A stretch of DNA of 64,000 nt from an uncultured Verrucomicrobiota bacterium (GTDB taxonomy: Bacteria > Verrucomicrobiota > Verrucomicrobiia > Limisphaerales > J093), in contig CAYPNF010000003.1 of NCBI GenBank assembly GCA_964411985.1, positions 3,155 to 67,154 on the forward strand, read 5' to 3'. Below, piece by piece: positions 43,563 through 51,498 of the stretch. Under the pieces are notes generated by a model. That model was not told where the DNA came from and did no database searches. It was given only the letters and a program-made list of their open reading frames with translations. Numbering within the stretch: position 1 is the first letter of the stretch; each line of letters begins with the position of its first letter. Both the position numbers and the translations under genes were made by a program.

Positions 43563-43978
43563 GGACGTTTGCCTGGCTCGGTGGCCATCGAGAACTTGAA
43601 TATGCCGTTCCGCTGGCACCGATCTATCACCGGGTAAAGGTACTTTACTGCAGATTCGCGGTCCGCGCGAATGCGAACCACAATTTCCTTGTTCGCCTGG
43701 TAAGCTTTGACCAAGGCCGCTTCGAGTTGGTCCAAACTCATCTTCTTCCGATCCAAGGCGTACCCCCCTGCAGAATCAATCTCCACCAAACGCAAATCCT
43801 CTTTGTCCACCCGCTGCTCGGCCTTGCCCCCCTGGGGCAACCGCAGATCCATCCCCTGCTCGAAAAGGGGGGTGGTAATCACGAAGATGATGAGGAGAAC
43901 GAAAGCCAAATCCAAAAGCGGAGTGATATTGATATCGCTCAGCGTTACCAGGGAATTGCGCTGGGAAAAACGTCTCAC
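43559..43978 (-). CDS. tolR: TolR/ExbD family protein
   Basis: LSDINITPLLDLAFVLLIIFVITTPL is the ExbD/TolR signature. The start is GTG. Confidence 0.85.
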   Translation of the reverse strand: MRRFSQRNSLVTLSDINITPLLDLAFVLLIIFVITTPLFEQGMDLRLPQGGKAEQRVDKEDLRLVEIDSAGGYALDRKKMSLDQLEAALVKAYQANKEIVVRIRADRESAVKYLYPVIDRCQRNGIFKFSMATEPGKRP

Positions 43979-43990
43979 AATCCACCTAGA

Positions 43991-44353
43991 CTACTCCCCG
44001 CCACCACCTGAACTGCTGTTGATCATCTGAAACGCCTTGTAGGCGACCGCCATGCCACCAAGAATGACGATCCCCTGCAGGGCCAGGATGATGATCTTGC
44101 GATACAAATCCCGGCGAGCGCGCGTCAAAGGCCGTTTCTTCCGCCGAACGAACATGCTCCGGTGCAGGTGATGCTGACACTTGGGGCAACGGCTCAGGCC
44201 CCTCTGATTCTGGTGTCCGCATTTCGGGCAGGCCGCGAAAAGGTTTCGGCCACATCGTTCGCATTCGGTCAAACCCAGAGGGTTCAGGTGCTCACATTTG
44301 TGGCACAGGACGCCTCGCTGGTTCTTCACTTCTGACGCAGAAGGTTCGCTCAT
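43991..44353 (-). CDS. double zinc-ribbon membrane protein inserted between tolQ and tolR
   Basis: CHKCEHLNPLGLTECERCG and CPKCGHQNQRGLSRCPKCQ supply four CxxC pairs. A basic linker and one TM (IIILALQGIVILGGMAVAY) follow. Its ATG overlaps the tolQ TGA as ATGA. Confidence 0.65.
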   Translation of the reverse strand: MSEPSASEVKNQRGVLCHKCEHLNPLGLTECERCGRNLFAACPKCGHQNQRGLSRCPKCQHHLHRSMFVRRKKRPLTRARRDLYRKIIILALQGIVILGGMAVAYKAFQMINSSSGGGGE

Positions 44354-45084
44354 TGTTCATCCTCATTCATGTACTCGATCTCCATCTTGGAGACCAGGTC
44401 CTGTGCAAAATTGTCCAATTCCACGGTCAGGACGCGAAGGTTATGCACCAGCCAGTTGTAGCCAAACATCGAAGGGATGGCCACCAACAGCCCGGCAACC
44501 GTCGTAATCAAGGCTCCCGAAACGCCAGGTGCCATCACAGCCAAGTCGGCTCGAGATCCAGCTGCTGCCGCCTTCGCCACTCCACTAAAGGCACTCATCA
44601 CGCCCCAGACGGTGCCCAGCAACCCTAAGAAGGGAGCTCCGCTAACCGCGATGGCGAGCATAATGAGCCCTGATTCCAGTTTCAATGCCTCCTGGGCCAC
44701 CGCCGTCTCCAAGGTTCGCTTCACATGTTCCATGGCCTTCAACGAAATCACCGGCTTACGCTCTCCGCCCTTCCCGGAACGTAGCCTTGCATCCAACTCC
44801 CTACATCCTGCCTGGTAAACGGAAAACAGCGGACAACCTTCCACTTCCACCTTCCGTTCGTAGATGCCGAGCACGTTCTTCTGGGCTCGAAACTCGCTTT
44901 CGAAGTAACGGTTTAAACGCCGCGCCCGACGCATCTCCAAGGCTTTGGATGCCATCACCGACCACGCCAGAATGGAGAAAAAGATGAGGACAACAATGAC
45001 CCCTTTTCCCTCGATGGTTGCCTGCTTCCAGACATACACGAGGTCCAAATCCGAGTTCCCCAGCAAGATGAGTGGAAAATTCAT
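44350..45084 (-). CDS. tolQ: TolQ/ExbB (MotA/TolQ/ExbB proton channel)
   Basis: GAPFLGLLGTVWGVMSAFSG and three TM segments. The track start at 45141 is TTG; ATG 45084 (MNFPLILLG) is preferred. Confidence 0.9.
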   Translation of the reverse strand: MNFPLILLGNSDLDLVYVWKQATIEGKGVIVVLIFFSILAWSVMASKALEMRRARRLNRYFESEFRAQKNVLGIYERKVEVEGCPLFSVYQAGCRELDARLRSGKGGERKPVISLKAMEHVKRTLETAVAQEALKLESGLIMLAIAVSGAPFLGLLGTVWGVMSAFSGVAKAAAAGSRADLAVMAPGVSGALITTVAGLLVAIPSMFGYNWLVHNLRVLTVELDNFAQDLVSKMEIEYMNEDEQ

Positions 45085-45137
45085 GCAGACCGATCGAAAC
45101 GCGCTGAGGGGTGGTGTACCGTCTCCGCGCCAATTGG

Positions 45138-48100
45138 TCAAAAAGATTTCAGAGTTTTCATCGATCCATCGGCGCTCACGGAGATAGCCAAGGCACGTTC
45201 CGGCACGTCAAACACCTGTTTCCTGCCATCCCGCCACTGGACCAAGAGGACTGCTGGCCGGGAAGGTACCGCCAGAACCTGAGAGGGAGCATCCTGTGAC
45301 CAGTAACCCGAACCTCCATGTATTTCCCGAACCGGCCCCTCCTTGCCCCCGGCTCGGATCCGAAGCTGGGTGCCGTACCCTTGCGGGTTGCCCACTGGCC
45401 CTGAAACCCGAACCACGATACCGGGCCGAGCGCTAACATTGTGAAAAAGCCGGGTGCTGGCGCCATTCTGAGTCACCACCAGGTCGAGCCGACCGTCCAA
45501 ATCGTAGTCCCCGGCAGCACAACCGCGTTGTTCCCCGTACACCTCAATCCCACTCTCCTGGCCTGGAACGGCTCGAAAACCTCCCGCGCCATCCCCGCGT
45601 AGTAACAACCCTCTTCCCGCATCATTCCGGTGAAACTCCAACGCGGTGGCGTAAAGGTTCTGACTCAGGAACAAGTCCTCGTGTCCATCCCCATCAAAAT
45701 CAGCGGCGGTCAACCCATAAGCGGGGGCCAACTGAGCCTCCCAAGGCAATAGAACCGGTTCCCATTTTTCGCCCCGGTTCAAAAAGACCATCGAGGCCAG
45801 TGTGTTCACACTCAGCTTCTTTAGCTTTTTCAGAGGATCACCGTAGATTTGCGCGAGGTTGGCATTGCCATAGACCTCAAAACTCCGAATCCGCTCCTGG
45901 ACAAATGGCATCGCCGCCATGACCGGGATCAGGCCCCGAAGGGGCAGTTCCTGGCGTTGGACTGGATCCAGAAAAGCTTCGACCAAATCCACGGTGCCTC
46001 TGTCCACCAAATCCCCATAGTAGAGAAGACGCGGCCACTCCTCGGATGGCTTTGCGTAAATGGAGTTGAGCCCCCAGTTGCCAACTGCAATGTCCAAGCG
46101 CCCGTCGCCGTCAAAGTCACCCGTGGTGATCCCAGTCCACCAACCCCGGAAGCGGTCCAGGCCCATGCCATTGGTAATCTCGCCATACTTGGATCCATCC
46201 CAACGAAAGACCCGTACCGGGCCCCATTCGGTCGCGAGCAACAGCTCGGGACAGCAATCTCCATCCAGATCGCTGAACACCGCGCCGGTCACCAAGCCCA
46301 AAGCTTCGAATCGCTGCCTCAAAACAAATCGTCCGTTCTGATTCTGAAGCAGCAAGGACGGCGCTGGCTCAGGGTAGCGGCCTGGCACCACGCGGCCGCC
46401 AACAAAGAGCTCCAAACTACCGTCCCCATCCACGTCCGCTGCCGCCAACGCGCCGGCGCTGAAGGATTGTCCGGTGACGATCTCCCCGGAGACCTTGCGC
46501 TGCAGGTCCACGAGTCTCAAGCATCCTCCGTTCGTGGTCCCGTCTTCATAATTGGCGGACCCCGTAAAGATCACCCCGCTCAAGCCCAGCACCCCAGCAC
46601 TATCCCTCCCCAACGGCCGGTCAAGAATCGTTTCTGGACACTTGCGAAGTCCCCCCGCGCCATCAGAGAGGTAAACACCCAAAGTGCCTCCCCGCCCAGC
46701 ACCGATCACCAGATCCTCATGGGAATCTCCATCCACGTCATACCATGCCACTCCCGGACCTGACTGAGAGATTCGATAGGGGAGCAAAGGTTGTCTATCG
46801 AAATCGTCAAAATCGTTCTCATGGTGAACGTGAGCAACCAGCTTGCTGGCATCCTCAAAAAGAGGCGCCAGCCGCGGTTTGGAGGGTACTGGGTCTCCGC
46901 CCACCGTTGCGGCTTCTTCGTCGACGACCACAAGCCGGTTGCCCCGCATGCCGGAAACCTGGCTGACGGCGCCATTCCGCCACCGGACTTCGACCTGAAG
47001 CTCATTGCTCAGAGATCCCGCAGCAAACATGAGCCGGGATTGGGGGCCGGCAAGATAGTGGCCACCAGCAATCACTTCCTGCCACTGAGACACCGGCCCT
47101 CCGGTAACGGTCACTTTAGCCCCGATTCCTGAGGTGTTCGGCGCCTTGCCTTTGAGCTCGACCGCCAGCCTAGGCAGCGAAGTGTCGTTCCGGTACAAAA
47201 CCGCCTCCTGGTTCAAACGGTTCACGATCACATCCAAATCGCCATCGTTGTCCAAGTCCGCCTTCGTGGTCCCTTGAGCCACTCCCTTTGCGTTGAAACC
47301 CCACGCCGAGCCTACCTCTTCGAAGGTAAGATCTCGCCGGTTCCGGAAAGCCAGACTGGGGGTGCTGAAGTCGGGGAACATCTTCAGCAGGGAGGTGATC
47401 TCCGACATGGTCAACTGCTTCGCCATCCGCATGGCCTCAATTCGGTTGGCCAAATCGGCGTTCTGAAAGTCTCTCATCTGCCCGTTGGGGATCAGGATGT
47501 CCTCGTACCCGTCCAGATCCACATCCAGGAACATCGGCATCCAGGACCAGTTGGAGGCCTCGACGCCGCCATAGAAAGCCGTCTCCTGGAACGTGCCGTC
47601 GCCACGGTTGATGAAAAGCGTATTGCGCCAGTTCTGCGGCCGGTTCTCATAAACACCCGGGGGCACTCTCATCGGTTTGCTCTGGCTAACCTGCGTGTGG
47701 CGATCCTTGTGGCCGGTCGCCAGCATGTCCACCACCATGAAATCCACAAAACCATCGCGGTTCAGGTCCCCAAAATCGATACCCATGGAAAAGGTGGAGG
47801 TGCAGCGAATGGCCGTCCGGGCAATCGCGCGAAACTGCCCCTTCCCGTTGTTGATCCAGACCCGATCCGGGCTGTGAAGATCGTTGCAGACGTAGATGTC
47901 GGGGACCCCATCCCCGCTGAAATCGCGCATCTGAACGGAAAGTCCCCAGTCCCGCGGAGGCTCGCGAAGGGACAGGCCGTCTTCATCCAGAAAAGCCCCC
48001 CCCGTAAACGAAACCGCAGTAAACCGGCCCTTCCCATCGTTGAGGTATAAGACATCAGGCTCACCCAACTCCAGCACTTCCCCGGAACCGGTCAGGAGAA

Positions 48101-49013
48101 ACCGATTCGTATACTCAGGGGTGGCGGCCGACACGTCGTTGACGAAGGCGACCACCGGCTGTCCTTCGATCATGTTGATCCGAAAGTTGGTCTTGGGGCG
48201 ATCCATAATGGTGGTCCGCCGGTAGTTGACCACATAGAGATCCAACGCCCCGTCGCCGTTGACGTCGGCAAGCGCTAAAGACATTCCCGCCGAACCCGAT
48301 TGCACCCCAGCCTCCTGAGTCGTTTCTTTGAATTGACCTTTCCCTTCGTTGCGGAAAAGGCGAAGGCCAGCGTTCATCGTATTCACCAACAAATCCAGAT
48401 CGCCATCCCCGTCGACATCGGCAAGCACCGACCCAGTGCTGTCTAGCCCAGGACACGCCACCCCAGCGGCCTCCGTCATATCCTCGAAACTCCAGTTTCC
48501 GCGATTCCGGTACAACCGGTTTCCACGATCCAACCCGCAAAAGTACAAGTCACACCAACCGTCGCCATCCACGTCCCCAGCCGCCACTCCGGATCCACTC
48601 AGTAGGTTACGGTTCTGAATCCCCCGCTCTTCGGACAACACATTCGTGAAAAGCACCCCCGAATTGGCTCCGCTGACCAGTGTAAACCCAATCCTACCCG
48701 ATTCCTGGGGAGCAAGTTCACGCCACCGGTAACCGGAGCCCGATTGCCATCCTTCCCCCGCGTGAACCAGGGAGGAAAGCGGGCCCGGTATCAGGAAAAG
48801 CCCAAGGCAAAGCCCTCCACCCCGCGCATTAAGAAATGCTGAAGCGATCGTCTCACAAATCCTAACGATGGTAAGCCGGAGTGCCATTCGGGCTGATTCA
48901 ATCCCCACAAGGGGCCAAAGATAAAGCAAGAAATTCCTGGGCAAGGCCAACCTCCCAATCCACAAGCGTACGATTTGACTTTTCAATGAAACTGGCGCAG
49001 AACTCCCTACCAT
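45138..49013 (-). CDS. FG-GAP/VCBS-repeat protein with ASPIC/UnbV-like C terminus (CRTAC1-type)
   Basis: Many DxDGDGxxD(l/i) repeats (VDGDGWCDLYF, DVDGDGDLDLLV, DFDGDGRLDIAV) and an ASPIC/UnbV-like end (GSGYWSQD). The true start is probably internal, for example near 48887. Confidence 0.85.
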   Translation of the reverse strand: MVGSSAPVSLKSQIVRLWIGRLALPRNFLLYLWPLVGIESARMALRLTIVRICETIASAFLNARGGGLCLGLFLIPGPLSSLVHAGEGWQSGSGYRWRELAPQESGRIGFTLVSGANSGVLFTNVLSEERGIQNRNLLSGSGVAAGDVDGDGWCDLYFCGLDRGNRLYRNRGNWSFEDMTEAAGVACPGLDSTGSVLADVDGDGDLDLLVNTMNAGLRLFRNEGKGQFKETTQEAGVQSGSAGMSLALADVNGDGALDLYVVNYRRTTIMDRPKTNFRINMIEGQPVVAFVNDVSAATPEYTNRFLLTGSGEVLELGEPDVLYLNDGKGRFTAVSFTGGAFLDEDGLSLREPPRDWGLSVQMRDFSGDGVPDIYVCNDLHSPDRVWINNGKGQFRAIARTAIRCTSTFSMGIDFGDLNRDGFVDFMVVDMLATGHKDRHTQVSQSKPMRVPPGVYENRPQNWRNTLFINRGDGTFQETAFYGGVEASNWSWMPMFLDVDLDGYEDILIPNGQMRDFQNADLANRIEAMRMAKQLTMSEITSLLKMFPDFSTPSLAFRNRRDLTFEEVGSAWGFNAKGVAQGTTKADLDNDGDLDVIVNRLNQEAVLYRNDTSLPRLAVELKGKAPNTSGIGAKVTVTGGPVSQWQEVIAGGHYLAGPQSRLMFAAGSLSNELQVEVRWRNGAVSQVSGMRGNRLVVVDEEAATVGGDPVPSKPRLAPLFEDASKLVAHVHHENDFDDFDRQPLLPYRISQSGPGVAWYDVDGDSHEDLVIGAGRGGTLGVYLSDGAGGLRKCPETILDRPLGRDSAGVLGLSGVIFTGSANYEDGTTNGGCLRLVDLQRKVSGEIVTGQSFSAGALAAADVDGDGSLELFVGGRVVPGRYPEPAPSLLLQNQNGRFVLRQRFEALGLVTGAVFSDLDGDCCPELLLATEWGPVRVFRWDGSKYGEITNGMGLDRFRGWWTGITTGDFDGDGRLDIAVGNWGLNSIYAKPSEEWPRLLYYGDLVDRGTVDLVEAFLDPVQRQELPLRGLIPVMAAMPFVQERIRSFEVYGNANLAQIYGDPLKKLKKLSVNTLASMVFLNRGEKWEPVLLPWEAQLAPAYGLTAADFDGDGHEDLFLSQNLYATALEFHRNDAGRGLLLRGDGAGGFRAVPGQESGIEVYGEQRGCAAGDYDLDGRLDLVVTQNGASTRLFHNVSARPGIVVRVSGPVGNPQGYGTQLRIRAGGKEGPVREIHGGSGYWSQDAPSQVLAVPSRPAVLLVQWRDGRKQVFDVPERALAISVSADGSMKTLKSF

Positions 49014-49109
49014 GGTGTTCAGGCTTCGCTTTGGCGCTGTAGCGGGGGCGCAGCTGAACTGTTGAGCCCATCAGGACAGGCTCGCCACAAACAAACATGC
49101 AACAAACTT

Positions 49110-50639
49110 ATGAAAAACAACGAATTCTCATCCTGGCTTGGTCTCTCGCTGATGGCCGGGCTGTTGACCAGCGCGCAACCGGTATCTGCCGGGGAAGTCG
49201 TCATCAACAACTTTGATCTAGCGGACGAAGTATCGGGGTGGACCTGGGAAAACTGGTCGGATCCGGCAGAAGTGGCTTTTGAGGAAACGCAAGACGCAGG
49301 GGGAGGCGCGAGCGGATCGGGCTCCATGAAGGTCACCAGTAACTTCACGAAGGCGGCCGACCAGTACAGCCAGACAGAAGTGATCATGGCTACGGGAAGC
49401 GATGTCGACGCGGAAACCCTCTACACCAAAATAGGCTTGGACGTGAAAGTAGATCCCAGTTCGGCCCTTCGTGCCAACAGCACCGATTACGGGGCTCTCG
49501 AGGTTATATTCCGCAACGGACCCGACTGGACATGGCACAGTCTCGGCAGCGTGGCATTAACCAACACCACCGGGTGGTCCCACTTGGAGTTTGCTGTCAC
49601 GGTCCCGGGCGATAAAGTCCATCATCTCACCCTGAAACTGGGGGGAAACGGGTTGACAAACACCGTTATCTACTACGTGGATAACATCCGCTGGACTGAA
49701 GCATCCGCTCAGGTTCCTGCTCCCACCCTGTCCATTGAGAAGGCAACCCCCGGCTTGAACCTCACTGCCGGCACCTCTGGACAGTGGGACCGACAAAACA
49801 TCAAATCGGTGGCGACAAGCCTGGGCTGGGTAGGTAGCTCCGCACCGGTTTCGTACTCGGTCACCATCCACAGCTTCCCCAACGCCACTAATTTTGCCGG
49901 CTTCCAGACGCACATGTACTTGGTACCCGGCACCCCGGGGACGGAGAGCTCGCCGGACTGGAATGAACCGGCTGCTATCATCGTGGGAATCCAGGGCACG
50001 GCCGACGGAGGAGGTACCGCCGCCTTCCGTTACAAGACCGACGCACCGGGCAGCAACGGCGGGTACTTCAATACCGACCCTGCGGCTGGCCAAGTCGGAT
50101 ATCTGGGGAGCGTGACCGGAACCGGTATCCTGGGAACCTGGACCGCGACCTTGGCCCAGGACAACCAAATCACCCTGAAGGCACCCGACGGCAGTGCCAC
50201 CAACCTGGTCATGCCTCCGGCCGATGCCCAAAAGTTCGCGGGGGACATCACTTTCTACTGTGGCATCATGCCAAACGAGACGAAGAATATCGGCCAGACT
50301 GCAGTCCTGAGCAGTGCCAAGGTCACCGTGGGAAGCGAGGTGGTGTTGTACGACAGTTTCAGCACGAACGGACTGAACACGGAGATATGGACATCCAACG
50401 CCAGTTCGGCCTCCTGCGTAAGTGTCGTCGGTGGGAAGGATCCGTACTGGGTCTCCTGGACGACCCCTTCTTCCGGCTTTGTTCTCCAAACCAATGCGAC
50501 GGTGAGTGCCAGCTCGTGGGGCACTCCCGACCCGGCCGTGCCGGAATCGTTGGTCGGAACACGCAAACGCGCCCTCATCACTGAGTCCGTCGTCCCAGGT
50601 CCAAACCGGGGTTTCTTCCGGCTGATAAAACAGCCTTGA
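49110..50639 (+). CDS. secreted protein of unknown function
   Basis: Signal peptide (MKNNEFSSWLGLSLMAGLLTSAQPVSA). Amino-acid composition looks coding, unlike the antisense ORF 49557-50843. A strong terminator follows. Confidence 0.6.
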   Translation: MKNNEFSSWLGLSLMAGLLTSAQPVSAGEVVINNFDLADEVSGWTWENWSDPAEVAFEETQDAGGGASGSGSMKVTSNFTKAADQYSQTEVIMATGSDVDAETLYTKIGLDVKVDPSSALRANSTDYGALEVIFRNGPDWTWHSLGSVALTNTTGWSHLEFAVTVPGDKVHHLTLKLGGNGLTNTVIYYVDNIRWTEASAQVPAPTLSIEKATPGLNLTAGTSGQWDRQNIKSVATSLGWVGSSAPVSYSVTIHSFPNATNFAGFQTHMYLVPGTPGTESSPDWNEPAAIIVGIQGTADGGGTAAFRYKTDAPGSNGGYFNTDPAAGQVGYLGSVTGTGILGTWTATLAQDNQITLKAPDGSATNLVMPPADAQKFAGDITFYCGIMPNETKNIGQTAVLSSAKVTVGSEVVLYDSFSTNGLNTEIWTSNASSASCVSVVGGKDPYWVSWTTPSSGFVLQTNATVSASSWGTPDPAVPESLVGTRKRALITESVVPGPNRGFFRLIKQP

Positions 50640-50666
50640 AGTCCCCAGCTTAGTCCCGCTCGCGTG

Positions 50667-50702
50667 CGCCCCCCGGGCTTCGGTTGCCGGGGGGCGTTTT
50701 TG
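50667..50702 (+). terminator. rho-independent terminator
   Basis: A 10-bp GC stem (cgccccccgg / ccggggggcg) with a 10-nt loop is followed by tttttt. Confidence 0.9.
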
Positions 50703-50760
50703 TTCCCAAAAAGGAGCTCGCCCTCGGCCCGTGGATTGGTCTAAACAAGGCCTCGGCCAT

Positions 50761-51480
50761 ATGAAATCACTATCGATCCCTCTCCTTTGGGCTACAGCGA
50801 GCATGCTCGGGATGTCGCTGGTTGCCGCCACCCCCACGCCCAATCAACTCACGGACGACGAGAAGCGGGCTGGATGGGAACTGATCTTTGACGGAACCAG
50901 CACCGGGAATTGGCGGAGTTTCGGCAAGCCAGGGTTTCCGCCAACCGGCTGGGAAGTCACGGACGGTTGCTTGCACTTGGTTCCACAAGCGAAAGGAGGC
51001 GACATTATTACCAAAGCTTCCTACCGCGACTTCGAGTTCAGCTTCGAATGGAAACTGGCACCCAAGGCAAACTCGGGAGTCAAGTACTTCATCCTCGAAG
51101 AACGTAAAGCTACCATCGGCCACGAATACCAGCTTTACGACAATCCAGAGGCCTCCCCAACTGGGCCCGGAAAAGGCGATACCGCTAGTTTGTACGACGT
51201 CCTACCCCCTTCCCCCATCCCCTCGCCCATCCGCGCTGGGGAGTTTCACCAGTCTCGCATCAAGGTGGAAGGCAAGAAGGCAGAGCACTGGCTGGATGGG
51301 CGCATGGTGCTTGCCTATGAGTTGGGAAGTCAGGCGCTCCGAGACGCCATTCAGAAAAGCAAGTTCAAGGGGGTGGACGGATTTGGAGAGAGCCAGGACG
51401 GGCACCTTCTGTTGCAGGATCACGGTGGAGAGGTCTGGTTTCGCAACCTCAAGATCCGACGTCTGAATGTCTCCAAGTAG
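50761..51480 (+). CDS. DUF1080 (3-keto-disaccharide hydrolase-like) secreted protein
   Basis: Signal peptide plus GWELIFDGTSTGNWRSF..GDIITKASYRDFEFSFEWKL..LLLQDHGGEVWFRNLKIRRL, which is the DUF1080 pattern. Confidence 0.8.
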   Translation: MKSLSIPLLWATASMLGMSLVAATPTPNQLTDDEKRAGWELIFDGTSTGNWRSFGKPGFPPTGWEVTDGCLHLVPQAKGGDIITKASYRDFEFSFEWKLAPKANSGVKYFILEERKATIGHEYQLYDNPEASPTGPGKGDTASLYDVLPPSPIPSPIRAGEFHQSRIKVEGKKAEHWLDGRMVLAYELGSQALRDAIQKSKFKGVDGFGESQDGHLLLQDHGGEVWFRNLKIRRLNVSK

Positions 51481-51498
51481 GGATCGCGGAAATATCTC

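Noticed and set aside
45138-45141. TTGA overlap suggesting translational coupling of the FG-GAP gene to tolQ
   Set aside because: The tolQ start in the track is a TTG. An ATG at 45084 gives a normal TolQ N terminus, so coupling is not supported.
49557-50843. 428-aa minus-strand ORF
   Set aside because: The sequence is a Gly/Arg/Val-rich shadow. The plus-strand ORF has a proper signal peptide and is followed by a strong plus-strand terminator.
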